Origin: Dehalococcoidia bacterium
GTDB taxonomy: Bacteria > Chloroflexota > Dehalococcoidia > Lucifugimonadales > CAZENU01
Length of the DNA: 64,000 nucleotides
Assembly: GCA_965117035.1 (NCBI GenBank)
Contig: OZ220748.1
Coordinates: 3,519,392-3,583,391, forward strand
Direction of reading: 5' to 3'
Shown here: piece by piece, positions 31,936 to 41,925 of the stretch
How the letters are laid out: the number at the start of each line of letters is the position of its first letter
Numbering within the stretch: the stretch's first letter is position 1
Program-made: the position numbers and the translations under genes
Notes under the pieces: generated by a model
What the model saw: only the letters and a program-made list of their open reading frames with translations
What the model was told of the DNA's origin: nothing
Database searches by the model: none

Positions 31936-34900
31936 ATGCCGCAATTCAACCTGGACCGCCCGCTTTGGGGGCTGATGGTCTTGCTGGCTTTCGTATCGGC
32001 CGTCGCCCTCCTGTCGATCTTCGAGAGCCGTGGGTCCGACGCGGGTCTCAACGCCCAGTCGGGGTCGGAGTTCCCGGCCAGGCCGGCGGTGAGGGGAGTC
32101 CCTGGCGACCTCTGGGCTGACGTGATCCTCGGGAAGCCGGACTTCACGCAGACAGTGCCGAAGAGCGTTGTCCCGTTCAAGGTGTTCAACCCCGGTGGGG
32201 TTGTCGTGGACCGGTCGACCGATCCCGGCCGGGCGTATGTCTGGGACTCGGGCAACAGCCGGATTCTGGGTATCGATCTCGCCAAGTGCTATGAGAGTAC
32301 TGGGCCCTGCTCGGCCGATATTGTGCTGGGCCAGCCGTCGCTGTACGATCACGCGGCCTGCAACGGAGACAACGGCGTTCAGGACTATCCGTTTCGGGCA
32401 CTTGCCGGCGCCGAAACGCTATGCGGCAACCCCGACCACTCCCTCAGCCCGTGGGAAGCGCATATGTTTGTGACGATGGCGATCGACAGTCGCGGCGCCC
32501 TGTATGTCCCTGACTTTTCCAATCACAGGGTGCTGAAGTACAACAATCCCTTCGTCAGCGACGCCGTCGCCGACGCCGTGTGGGGACAGGCGGACTTCTC
32601 GGGCATCGAGTGCAACCGCGGGGACATCGGCCGGCCGACGGCCGAAACGCTCTGTTTCGACTCGGGCACCAACAGGCTCGCGACCAACCTGCAGAGCGTT
32701 GGCGTGGAGGTCGATGAGGAGGGAAACGTCTGGGTCGCGGACAGCGGCAATCACCGCATTCTTCGGTTCTCGATGAGCTCTCTGACGGGTGCGGTCTCCA
32801 GGAAAGCCAGCCTCGTCCTGGGCCAGGCTGACTTCGAGAGCGCCGAGCCCGGAAGGACCTTGGACAAGCTGTACGCGCCTTCGGCGGTGAGGTTCGCTCC
32901 CGATGGCTCGGCGTACGTTGCCGACACCGGCAACAACCGAGTCCTGGTCTTCAAGCCACCGTTCCAGTCCGGAATGGAGGCGGCCTTCGAGTTCGGGTCT
33001 CGACTGCACCATCCCACGTCGGTCGAAATCGACCCTGGCGGCCGCGGTGTATGGGTCAACGATGCGGGGAACTACATGGTCGAGCTGTGGGACGTGTCGG
33101 GTTCATCGGTCTTGAAGGTCCTCGGCAAGGACTCGTATCGGCCCGAGCGAGAGTGCTACAAGCCGCTTGAGTCGCTGCCCAGCAGTCCCCACATGTGTCC
33201 AATCGCCGGAGGCTTCGGGATCGACAGCCAGGGAAACGTCCTGATCCCCGTGTTCCTCCGCACCAATGACGTCATCCGCTTTACGACTGCCGGGCGCGCC
33301 CCGATCGGCCGCGCCGACAAGCGCCTGTTCTATCCGCCGGAGGACGCCAACTTCAAGGACCTCAAGGGGATACACTCCGCCCGCGGCGTAGCTGTCTGGA
33401 AGGACCAACTCGTCGTGTCCGACTTATTCCGGCTGATGTTTTGGAACGGGCTCGACATGCTATCGAACGGAAGACCGGCGGACGGCGTCGTTGGCGACGA
33501 AAATCAGGCCCGCGCCTGGTCGTGGTGCTGCGGCACGATCAAGGTGGACGCAGCAGGCCGCCTCTGGGTGTTGGCTTTCGAGGGACGGCGGTTCGTCGAC
33601 GTCTATCAGCTTCCGCTGACCGAAACATCAGTCCCGCTGCACACGATGTGGACAGATACAGGCATGACTCTTCCGGTACTGGGAGAGGACTCCCGGATCA
33701 TGCTCGGCCCCAGGATGTTCGGGATTGCGCCAGTTGGGTCCGGAGAGTTCGTCTGGCTGAGCGATGCTGACAATCATCGCGTGCTGCGCATCCGGGACCC
33801 CCTGACGCACCCGGTCGTGGATGTGATCCTGGGACAGGAGGACGCCAGCGGGAACGAGTGCAACCGCGGCCGGTTCGAGGCGGGGGCCAGGAACTCGGTC
33901 GGAGACCGGTCGAATGGTGATGTGCTCTGTTACCCTGGAGCGCTGTCCATCGACCGCCTTGGAAACCTCTACGTATCGGACCATTCGCTGGAAGTGAATG
34001 GGAACTTCCGCCTGCTCGTCTTCTCGGGGGCGGCACTCCCGACGACGAATTCGGAGGTCATATACGCCCCTCTGGCATCAAAGATATTCGTCCGTTCCGC
34101 CGAGGGTCGGAACAACCTATGGGCGGATCCCTTGGAGCGCGGAGCGGTAATCGGGGAGCAGGAGCGGACGCTTCTGATGGCGACCTGGGAGGTCGCGTTC
34201 GACAGCGCCAACAGGATGGTAGCGGGGTACAACGCGTACCTGGCCCCCAGGTTCGTAGGTGTCTACGACGACCCTCTTGGCCCGGACACGCTCCCGAATG
34301 CCTACCTGAACGACTTCGGCTCGTCGCCGTTCGCGATGACCTTTGACGACGACGACAACCTGTACGTCGGTGACCTCAACCGCGCCCGGGTCCTCGTATA
34401 CCACAACCCGTTTGGAAGTCCGCCGAGAACATCGCCCGTGCCAACCCCGGATACTCCGCCGCCGGTACCCGAGCACCCCATCACCATAACGTCGTTCCAT
34501 CCCGGCCCTCCATTTTGCGTGGTGCGCCGGTCTCAGCACCGGTACGAGCAGACCCTTGACCTGGAGATCGAAGGCGACATCGGGGGAGGCGGTCTTGGGT
34601 TGGTGTTTCGCATGGTGACCGATGGCCGCCGAGAACGAATCTCGCTCAACGACCGTAACCAGGTTCGAACGAGGGGAAATAGCATCACCGTCGACATGAG
34701 ACACTTCGGGCCTCGTGTCTGGCGGGAGCGCCCCAAGGTGACGATGATGGTCCGAATCGTCGACAGCGAATCCCTGCCGCTATCGAACTGGTCGCCGGCG
34801 TTCCTGCTCGCCGACGACGTCGAGACCTGCGGCGTTGCCCTGCCAACTCTGACGCCGACCCCGACGCCGACCTTCACGCCATCGCCGACGCCGACACCGA

Positions 34901-35346
34901 CCTTCACGCCATCGCCGACGCCAACGCCGACCCTTACGCCTACGCCGACACCGACGCCCACGCCGACCCTCACACCAACACAGACGCCCACGCCGACCTT
35001 CACACCGACACAGACACCTACGCCGACCCTGTCGCTGACTCCCACGCCGACCGCCACCGTCACGCCGTCACCGACCCTGACCCCGACCGTCACCCCGTCA
35101 CCGACCCCGATGTCGACTCACACCCCAACCCCGGTGGTAGATCCCGATTCCGTGACGGCCGTCGGGCCGACCGGCGAGGCGCCGTCCGGTGCCGAGGGCG
35201 GTGGCTGTACGGCGATAGCAGACGGTCGACCTGCGGGCACGGAGCTGAGCATGATGCTGCTCCTGCTCCTCCCGGCCGGACTTGCGGGCTGGATGAGGCG
35301 GCGAGGCCCGTTCACGGCGCCAGAGGATGGCGCGCGGTACCGGTGA
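31936..35346 (+). CDS. Giant secreted/anchored NHL-repeat beta-propeller protein (paralog 2)
   Basis: ATG at 31936. It is collinear with paralog 1 from [10 protein letters not shown] onward, with roughly three quarters of residues identical by eye. It has the same blades, the same [18 protein letters not shown] module, a ~100-aa PT linker, and the tail [10 protein letters not shown]...[21 protein letters not shown]. Confidence 0.8.
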   Translation: MPQFNLDRPLWGLMVLLAFVSAVALLSIFESRGSDAGLNAQSGSEFPARPAVRGVPGDLWADVILGKPDFTQTVPKSVVPFKVFNPGGVVVDRSTDPGRAYVWDSGNSRILGIDLAKCYESTGPCSADIVLGQPSLYDHAACNGDNGVQDYPFRALAGAETLCGNPDHSLSPWEAHMFVTMAIDSRGALYVPDFSNHRVLKYNNPFVSDAVADAVWGQADFSGIECNRGDIGRPTAETLCFDSGTNRLATNLQSVGVEVDEEGNVWVADSGNHRILRFSMSSLTGAVSRKASLVLGQADFESAEPGRTLDKLYAPSAVRFAPDGSAYVADTGNNRVLVFKPPFQSGMEAAFEFGSRLHHPTSVEIDPGGRGVWVNDAGNYMVELWDVSGSSVLKVLGKDSYRPERECYKPLESLPSSPHMCPIAGGFGIDSQGNVLIPVFLRTNDVIRFTTAGRAPIGRADKRLFYPPEDANFKDLKGIHSARGVAVWKDQLVVSDLFRLMFWNGLDMLSNGRPADGVVGDENQARAWSWCCGTIKVDAAGRLWVLAFEGRRFVDVYQLPLTETSVPLHTMWTDTGMTLPVLGEDSRIMLGPRMFGIAPVGSGEFVWLSDADNHRVLRIRDPLTHPVVDVILGQEDASGNECNRGRFEAGARNSVGDRSNGDVLCYPGALSIDRLGNLYVSDHSLEVNGNFRLLVFSGAALPTTNSEVIYAPLASKIFVRSAEGRNNLWADPLERGAVIGEQERTLLMATWEVAFDSANRMVAGYNAYLAPRFVGVYDDPLGPDTLPNAYLNDFGSSPFAMTFDDDDNLYVGDLNRARVLVYHNPFGSPPRTSPVPTPDTPPPVPEHPITITSFHPGPPFCVVRRSQHRYEQTLDLEIEGDIGGGGLGLVFRMVTDGRRERISLNDRNQVRTRGNSITVDMRHFGPRVWRERPKVTMMVRIVDSESLPLSNWSPAFLLADDVETCGVALPTLTPTPTPTFTPSPTPTPTFTPSPTPTPTLTPTPTPTPTPTLTPTQTPTPTFTPTQTPTPTLSLTPTPTATVTPSPTLTPTVTPSPTPMSTHTPTPVVDPDSVTAVGPTGEAPSGAEGGGCTAIADGRPAGTELSMMLLLLLPAGLAGWMRRRGPFTAPEDGARYR

Positions 35347-35472
35347 TGCGCGAGCGCCCACCGGATGGCCACCCGACCGGGACGACCGCGCGAGGTTCCG
35401 GTGTGCACGTGTCTTGCCTCCTTGCCCCTTGACTGGAGAGGACTGAGGAGGGGTCGAACAGGAAACGGCGCC

Positions 35473-36609
35473 CTAGAGCCTGTCCCGCGCCTCGTGCCCG
35501 TATTTGCCGACCACGTCGCCGGCTTCGCTCACGACGAGCGCGTCCGGGAACAGGTGGGAGGTGGTGCAGGCGTGGCCGGGCGCGGCGAGCACGATGTCGC
35601 CGACGTCCAGCCTGGCGCCGTTCAGCTTCACCACGCCGTGCTCCTCGCTCTGTGAGACGACCTCGGCCTGGTCGGCGCCGACGACCCTGAACCGGTCCGG
35701 GATCGCCAGGTCCGGCGACGCGGCCTTGGAGCCGACGTCCAGCGTGACGGTGTCCATCTCCGGGTCGCGGTCGATCACCTGCCCGAGCACGACCCCGGCG
35801 ATCTTGAACCCGAGCTCCTTCATCGCGGAGTTCCGCACGTCCCAGTAGACCCACGTGCCTGGCGACACTCTGAGCCGGGGCTCCTTCAGGAACATGTGGA
35901 ACGACCACGAGCCCCCGGCGACGTTGTCGACGACCTCCAGACCCCGCCGCTCGGCGCGGTCCCAGACGTCGCGGATGTGCTCGATGCTCTCGTCGACCTT
36001 CGCCTGCCGCTCGACCACGTCGACGACGCCGAGCACGTGGCCGTCGAACAGGTGCACGCCGAGAGCCCGCAGCCCCGCGGTGTCCGCCGTCCGGGCGTAG
36101 AAGTCGCCCGCCTCCTGCCCGGGCTGCACCCCGGTCCGCCGCATCCCCGTGTCGATGTCCACGTACACGCCGACCTCGGTCCCGGCCTCGACGGCCGCGG
36201 CCGACATCGCGTCCAGGTGCTCCGCGGTACTGACGATCGTCTTGAGGTCGACGTCCGGATGGGCCTGCGAGAGGGCGATGAAGCGGCGCACCTTCGCGGG
36301 GTGGAGCACCGGAAACGAGATGATGATCTCCTTCACCCCGTTGCGCGCCAGCAGCTCCGCTTCCTCCAGGGTCGCGCACTTGAACGCCGTGATGCCGGCG
36401 TCCGTCTGCAGCTTCAGCACCTCGGCCGACTTGTGCGTCTTCGCGTGCGGGACGACACGGTCCGCCGAGCCGCAGACGCGGATCACCTCGGCGATGTTGT
36501 ACCGGACCAGGTGCTCGTAGACGAGAAAGGCTGGGGTCTCGATCTCGTCGGGACGGTTAAGCCGGTAGTCGCCGACCTCGATTCGGACCCGCTCGCCGAC
36601 TGTAGCCAT
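35473..36609 (-). CDS. D-threonine aldolase / D-serine dehydratase-like PLP enzyme (alanine racemase N-terminal fold)
   Basis: 378 aa. TPAFLVYEHLVRYNI..., the PLP-Lys segment PHAKTHK, and the C-terminal EEHGVV...PGHACTT pattern are typical of the DSD1/D-TA family. Confidence 0.75.
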   Translation of the reverse strand: MATVGERVRIEVGDYRLNRPDEIETPAFLVYEHLVRYNIAEVIRVCGSADRVVPHAKTHKSAEVLKLQTDAGITAFKCATLEEAELLARNGVKEIIISFPVLHPAKVRRFIALSQAHPDVDLKTIVSTAEHLDAMSAAAVEAGTEVGVYVDIDTGMRRTGVQPGQEAGDFYARTADTAGLRALGVHLFDGHVLGVVDVVERQAKVDESIEHIRDVWDRAERRGLEVVDNVAGGSWSFHMFLKEPRLRVSPGTWVYWDVRNSAMKELGFKIAGVVLGQVIDRDPEMDTVTLDVGSKAASPDLAIPDRFRVVGADQAEVVSQSEEHGVVKLNGARLDVGDIVLAAPGHACTTSHLFPDALVVSEAGDVVGKYGHEARDRL

Positions 36610-36948
36610 GGGATGACCTCCTTACGCGCGGGCATCGCTGGAACTGGTCGTCCGCGGGCCCGCGGCCTCCTCCGGGTCCGACGACGGACACAACCGGACC
36701 GCCGGGCGAGCCACGGCCGCGCGACCGGCCATCGCCGACGGCACGACTATACGGCCGCGGAAGCGGACGGTGCGCCCGCCGCCACGCGGCCAGCCCGCGA
36801 CCGCCCGCTTCCGATGGCGTCGCCACCAGGGCGGGATGTTCGGGACGCTCGGCGTCTGTCAGCAACCCGGCCGGTGGGACGGGTATGCGGCGCCACTCGC
36901 CGGTCCGGCGCGTGGCGCGGTGTCGGGCGCCCCTGGCGGGGCGGAGTC

Positions 36949-37161
36949 CTAGAGGCGCTCCCGCCCTGCCTGCGGCTTGGCCTTCAGCCTCTTGCTGATG
37001 TAGAACGAGAGGACGCCCATGAGCACACCCAGGACGAGCAAGACATAGGCCAGTACGTCCGGCGTCAGCAGGATCCTCCATAGCCCGAAGAAGACCAGGA
37101 CGAAAGCCAACAGGGTGCCCACGTAGTCGAGAATGTACAACAGGATTCTAATCTTGGTCAC
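36949..37161 (-). CDS. Possible small two-helix membrane protein
   Basis: The hydrophobic tail of ORF 36949..37482 (ILLYILDYVGTLLAFVLVFFGLW...VLLVLGVLMGVLSFYISKRLK) has lower GC than its surroundings. The only start candidates are GTG 37161, abutting GGGGAGG, or near-cognate codons. The start is uncertain. Confidence 0.35.
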   Translation of the reverse strand: MTKIRILLYILDYVGTLLAFVLVFFGLWRILLTPDVLAYVLLVLGVLMGVLSFYISKRLKAKPQAGRERL

Positions 37162-37314
37162 CTCCCCGATACGTAAGTGAATCCGCTCGACGGAGAATAT
37201 ACCAGACGGCTCGAAGTTGACAAGACCCCTTGCCCGACTCGCGCCGCGTCTTCGTTGACAGTCGCCGCGGCCTGGACTATAGTCGGCCCGGTCTCGTGTA
37301 CGGAGGACCCTCGA

Positions 37315-38247
37315 TTGACTAACGGCGGCCCCGAGAGCTTCGTCAGCAGCGTCGTCAAGCCCGACGACTTCGACGCGTTCTGGGAAGAGACGATGGCGGC
37401 GACCGAGTCGGTCCCGCCGGAGGCCCGGTTCGAGCCCGCTGAGATGCGCTCCACGGACGAAATCGAGGTGTTCGAGGGCCACTACCGCAGCTACGGCGGC
37501 CTCGAGATCGCGTGCTGGTACGCGAGGCCGCGCGGCGCGTCCGGGCCGCTCCCGGCCGTGCTGATGGTGCCCGGCTACGTCGGGGAGCCGACGATGCCGA
37601 CCGACCTCGCGGCCCAGGGCTACGCGGCGATCTCCGCGGCGCCCCGGGGCAAGCTGCGCAGCAACAGCGTCTTCAACCCCGGCTACCCCGGGCTGCTAGT
37701 GCACAACGCCACCGACCGCGATACATACGGCTACCGCGGCTTCTACATGGACGCGGTCCGCGCCTTCGACCTGCTGCGGAGCCTGCCTGAGGTCGACCCG
37801 GAGCGGGTCGCCGTGCGGGGCTCCAGCCAGGGCGGCGCGCTGACGCTGCTCGTCGCGGCACTGCGCGCCGGGCAGGTCGCGGCCGCGTCGGCCGGAGCGC
37901 CCTACCTTTGCTCGATGATGGACGCCGCGTCGCTGACCCGCTCGTACCCGTACGAGGAGATCAACGACTACACCAGGACGTACCCCGAACGCAGGCAGGC
38001 GATGACCGACGTTCTCAACTACTACGACATCCACAACTTCGTCGACCGGATACGCTGCCCCATCATCGTGAACATCGGACTCGTGGACGACGTGTGTCCC
38101 CCGGAGACGGGCTACGCCGTCTTCCGTGAGATCGGCAGCGACGACAAGCGGCTCTACCCGTACGAGGATTGCGCCCACGACGCGGGCAGCGGCGTCGGAC
38201 ACGGCGCCATAATCGACCGGTTCCTCGCGGACCATCTCGGGGCATAG
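37315..38247 (+). CDS. Acetyl xylan esterase / cephalosporin-C deacetylase (CE7, AXE1 family)
   Basis: TTG at 37315 lies 7 nt after GGAGGA. FDAFWEETM N-terminal pattern, nucleophile elbow GSSQGG, Asp in LVDDVCPP, His in CAHD. Confidence 0.8.
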   Translation: MTNGGPESFVSSVVKPDDFDAFWEETMAATESVPPEARFEPAEMRSTDEIEVFEGHYRSYGGLEIACWYARPRGASGPLPAVLMVPGYVGEPTMPTDLAAQGYAAISAAPRGKLRSNSVFNPGYPGLLVHNATDRDTYGYRGFYMDAVRAFDLLRSLPEVDPERVAVRGSSQGGALTLLVAALRAGQVAAASAGAPYLCSMMDAASLTRSYPYEEINDYTRTYPERRQAMTDVLNYYDIHNFVDRIRCPIIVNIGLVDDVCPPETGYAVFREIGSDDKRLYPYEDCAHDAGSGVGHGAIIDRFLADHLGA

Positions 38248-38251
38248 CGCC

Positions 38252-39106
38252 GTGAGCCAGAACGAGCCGCGCGACTTCTCGACGTACTGGCAGTCCGTCC
38301 TCGACGAGGTGTCGGCCCTGTCGGACGGCGCCGTCGCGGTCGAGTCTCTGCCGATACGCTCGAACGAGACCTCGGTCGCCCACGGCCTCCGGTTCGAGGG
38401 CGTGGGCGGGTACCCGCTGTTCGCCTACTTCACCGTGCCCCGGGGCGAGGGGCCGTTCCCGGCGCTCTTCCAGGCGCCAGGGTACGGCAGCGTTGTGGCG
38501 GTGCCCGCCCACGAGCGCCGCGGCCGCTACGCGGTGATGGCGCTGTGCCACCGCGGCCAGCGGCTGTCCGACTCCGGCTACTCCGCCGCGTACCCCGGCC
38601 TGCTGACGGACGGCCTGCCGGGCGCCGACACCTACGTCTACCGCGCCATCGTGGCCGACTGCCTGCGGGCGTTCGACGTCTTCACGGCGAGGCCGGAAGT
38701 CGACTCGTCCCGGCTGGCCGTGGCCGGGGCCGACATGGCCGCGATCACGGCTGCGCTCCGGCCCCAGGCGCCGCTGGCGCTCGTCACGGCGATGACGTTC
38801 CGCGCGGCGGCGGAGCGCGCTCCGATGACCAGTGCGTACCCGCTGCAGGAGATCAACGACCATACGCGGACGCATCCCGGCGACGCCGAGGACGTCGCCG
38901 ACACGCTGTCGCTGTTCGACCCGCTGGCCTTCGCGCCGCGCATAGGCGCGCGGGCGCTGTTCACCTGCGGCGAGGGAGAGCTGGAGCACGTCGAGCCGGT
39001 CGTGGAGGCGATGGCCGGCGATGCGGAAATCGAGATGCGCACGGGCCGAGGTTTCACAGACCACGAGGTGGAAGAGCGGTGGCTGGAGCGGATGCTCCTG
39101 TCCTGA
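38252..39106 (+). CDS. AXE1-like alpha/beta-hydrolase paralog lacking the Ser nucleophile motif
   Basis: GTG start 4 nt after the upstream stop. It is collinear with the preceding gene, but GSSQGG is replaced by GADMAA and the LVDDVCPP Asp region by TCGEGELE. Confidence 0.7.
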   Translation: MSQNEPRDFSTYWQSVLDEVSALSDGAVAVESLPIRSNETSVAHGLRFEGVGGYPLFAYFTVPRGEGPFPALFQAPGYGSVVAVPAHERRGRYAVMALCHRGQRLSDSGYSAAYPGLLTDGLPGADTYVYRAIVADCLRAFDVFTARPEVDSSRLAVAGADMAAITAALRPQAPLALVTAMTFRAAAERAPMTSAYPLQEINDHTRTHPGDAEDVADTLSLFDPLAFAPRIGARALFTCGEGELEHVEPVVEAMAGDAEIEMRTGRGFTDHEVEERWLERMLLS

Positions 39107-39128
39107 CGAGACCCTACTGGAGGACCGA

Positions 39129-39860
39129 TTGGGGACGAACAAGATACTCGACAATATCAGGGCGGGCGTCGTCTCGGTGGGCTGCGCCTACACCCACCCG
39201 TCCACGACCGATATGGAGCTGATCGGGATGGCGGGCTTCGACTTCGTCTATCTCGACGGCGAGCACGGGACATTCTCGCTGGACGACCTGGAGAACCTGG
39301 TGCGCATATGCGAGATGTACGACGTCACGCCGTGGGCGCGCGTGCCGAACATCGAGGCGTCGACCGTCGGCCAGTTCATCGAGCGCGGCATCCTGGGAAT
39401 CGAGGGCCCACACATACGCACGAAGGCCGACGCGGAGCGACTGGTCGAGGCGTGCTACTACAGCCCGGTAGGGAACCGCAGCCTGGGCGCGAGCCGCGCC
39501 GCCAACTACCTGACCAACGAGTCCGACACCGAGTACATGGCCGCGGCCAACGCCCAGACGCTGGTCACCGTCCTGCTGGAGGATGTCGAGGCGCTCGACA
39601 ACCTGGAGGACATCGTCAGCGTGGAGGGCATACACACCTACCACGTAGGCCCCAAGGACATGGCCGGCTCTCTCGGATACCCGGGAGACATCGACAACCC
39701 GAAGCTCAAGGAGGTCGAGGCGGAGGTCGAGAGGGTAGTCAGGGCGGCAGGCAAGATGCTGACCGGCGACGTCCTCGTCGCGCAGCGCTTCACCAACCTG
39801 TTCCTGAACGCGGCCAAGGGCTACGTCTCCGACAACCGGGGCCAACGAATCGGCGCGTAG
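39129..39860 (+). CDS. HpcH/HpaI-family aldolase
   Basis: TTG at 39129 follows GGAGGA. GFDFVYLDGEHG, the WARVP region and LLEDVEAL...GPKDMAGSLG match the family pattern. Confidence 0.8.
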   Translation: MGTNKILDNIRAGVVSVGCAYTHPSTTDMELIGMAGFDFVYLDGEHGTFSLDDLENLVRICEMYDVTPWARVPNIEASTVGQFIERGILGIEGPHIRTKADAERLVEACYYSPVGNRSLGASRAANYLTNESDTEYMAAANAQTLVTVLLEDVEALDNLEDIVSVEGIHTYHVGPKDMAGSLGYPGDIDNPKLKEVEAEVERVVRAAGKMLTGDVLVAQRFTNLFLNAAKGYVSDNRGQRIGA

Positions 39861-39903
39861 CCTCCGACGCTCCGGGCGGGTGCCGGGAGAGGAAACCACG
39901 GGC

Positions 39904-40725
39904 ATGGAGCTTGACCGCGATCGCCTGAGGGCCATCCTGGAGGCGGACCACTCGTACTACGGCTCCCAAGCTCCCGAGTCTCGCGACGACGACCGCCTCG
40001 TCCCGAGCGCGTCCGACTTCATCGCGTCGCAGTTCGACCCGGACATGCGTGTCCTCGACGTCGGCTGCGGCAGCGGCGCCACGCTGGTGGAGAACGCCGA
40101 CCGGTTCGGCTCAGGCCTTGGGTTAGACGACGACCCGGACCACGTCCGCCTGGCAGACGAGGCGCTGCGGCGCGGCGGCCGCGACAACGTCGAGTTCCGC
40201 CTGCTCGACTTCCGCGAGGAGAGCCTCGAGCTGGAAGCGGAGTCCTTCGACTTCGTCTTCTCGGAGCGCGGCCCGATCGGCTACGACGGCTACGGCATCC
40301 AGGCCGCGCTGAGAGTGCTGAAGGAGGACGGCCTCCTGTTCTGCGAGGTGATCGGCAACCTCCACCACCAGGAGGTGAACGCGGTATTCGGCCCCACCAC
40401 GCCGCGCCACCAGATGATCCGGACCCTGGACGAGGTGCGCGTCGCCATGGAGCGGAACGGCGTCAGCATCCGCATCGCGTCGGAGACCGTGACGAAGCGC
40501 TACTACCCGAGCATCTACGACTGGCTGTCGTTCCAGTGCGGCATCTGGGCCTGGGGCGGCGGTCCGCTCCCGTCTCCCGACGACGCGCGGCTGTCGCTGT
40601 TCGCGGAGCGCTACATGAGGCCGTCGGGCGAGATAGAGACGACGCACCACGTGGTGTGGGTCGGCGGCGTGAAGCGGACAGCCGATTCCTTCTACGCGGA
40701 GCGCAGCTACTTCGGCACGCCTTGA
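39904..40725 (+). CDS. Class I SAM-dependent methyltransferase
   Basis: Motif I VLDVGCGSGA; post-I acidic LGLDDD. Start 39904 (ATG) is preferred over 39880. Confidence 0.75.
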   Translation: MELDRDRLRAILEADHSYYGSQAPESRDDDRLVPSASDFIASQFDPDMRVLDVGCGSGATLVENADRFGSGLGLDDDPDHVRLADEALRRGGRDNVEFRLLDFREESLELEAESFDFVFSERGPIGYDGYGIQAALRVLKEDGLLFCEVIGNLHHQEVNAVFGPTTPRHQMIRTLDEVRVAMERNGVSIRIASETVTKRYYPSIYDWLSFQCGIWAWGGGPLPSPDDARLSLFAERYMRPSGEIETTHHVVWVGGVKRTADSFYAERSYFGTP

Positions 40726-40739
40726 AGCGCGGCGAGCCT

Positions 40740-41915
40740 GCCGGAGCCGGCGGCTGCCGCAGAACTGTCGTCCTGAGCGAAGCGGAAGGACCTGGGTCGG
40801 GGTCGCCTCGACGCCGTGTCGCCTTCGCCCGACCCCAGGCCCCTCACTCCGCTCGTGGCGACAATGGGGGCGGCCGAGCGGCTGCGGGCGCACTTGTCGT
40901 CCTGAGCGAAGCCGAAGGACCTGGGGTGGGGTCGCCTCGACGCCGTGTCGCCTTCGCCCCACCCAGGCTCCTCACTCCGTTCGGGGCGACAATGGGGGCG
41001 GCCGCGCGGCTGTAGGAGCACTTGTCGTCCTGGGCGAAGCCGAAGGACCTGGGGCGGTGTCGCCTCGACGCCGTGTCGCCTTCGCCCCACCCAGACCCCT
41101 CACTCCGCTCGTGGCGACAATGGGGGCGGCCGGCGGCTGCGGAAGCACTTGTCGACCTGAGCGAAGCCGAAGGACCTGGGGCGGTGTCGCCTCGACGCCC
41201 TGTCGCCTTCGCCCGACCCCAGGCCCCTCACTCCGCTCGTGGCGACAATGGGGGCGGCCGTGCGGCTGCGGGAGCACTTGTCGTCCTGAGCGAAGCCGAA
41301 GGACCTGGGGCGGGGTCGCCTCGACGCCGAGTCGCCTTCGCCCGACCCCAGGCCCCTCACTCCGTTCGGGGCGACAATGGGGGGGCGGCCGCGCGGCTGC
41401 GGGAGATCTGTCGTCCTGAGCGAAGTCGAAGGACCTGGGGCGGTGTCGCCTCGACGCCCTGTCGCCTTCGCCCGACCCCAGGCCCCTCACTCCGCTCGTG
41501 GCGACAATGGGGGCGGCCGGCGGCTGCGGAAGCACTTGTCGACCTGAGCGAAGCCGAAGGACCTGGGGCGGGGTCACCTCGACGCCGAGTCGCCTTCGCC
41601 CCACCCCAGGCCCCTCACTCCTTCGGGGCGACAATGGGTGGCGGCCGTGCGGCTGCGGGAGATCTGTCGTCCTGAGCGAAGCCGAAGGACCTGGGGTGGG
41701 GTCGCCTCGACGCCGAGTCGCCTTCGCCCCACCCCAGGCCCCTCACTCCGTTTGGGGCGACAATGGGGGCGGCCGCGCGGCTGTGGGAGATCTGTCGTCC
41801 TGAGCGAAGCCGAAGGACCTGGGGTGGGCTCGCCTCGACGCCGTGCCGCCTTCGCCCCACCCCAGGCCCCTCACTCCGTTCGGGGCGACAATGGGGTCGG
41901 CCGCCACGCACTTCC
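40740..41915. repeat. Tandem array of a long-hairpin repeat, ~128-bp unit x 9
   Basis: TGTCG(T/A)CCTGAGCGAAG starts at 40766, 40895, 41023, 41150, 41279, 41409, 41537, 41665 and 41793. Each unit holds inverted arms (GTCGTCCTGAGCGAAGCCGAAGGACCTGGGGYGGGG ... CCCCACCCCAGGCCCCTCACTCCGYTCGKGGCGAC). There are no unique spacers. Confidence 0.9.
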
Positions 41916-41925
41916 GGTGGCCGTT

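Noticed and set aside
26334-35346. Possibility that the NHL paralogs are a diversity-generating (DGR) target/template pair
   Set aside because: There is no reverse transcriptase in the window. The differences are spread along the whole length and are not adenine-specific in any localised variable region that I can see.
36610-36948. 340-bp GC-rich gap without a called gene
   Set aside because: ORFs 36557..37081 (-) and 36770..36952 (+) have no motifs, no RBS and shadow-like composition. I cannot support a feature here. It could be a degraded gene.
40972-41675. ORFs running through the repeat arrays (40123..40962 -, 40972..41634 -, 41022..41675 +, 11609..12505 -, 12145..12975 -, 12031..12573 +)
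   Set aside because: The periodic peptide sequences simply mirror the DNA repeats. All six frames are open there, and there are no starts with an RBS.
40740-41915. Regularly spaced repeats that could be mistaken for a CRISPR array
   Set aside because: The whole 128-bp unit is repeated. There are no unique spacers between short repeats, the unit length is far above CRISPR repeat size, and no cas genes are nearby.
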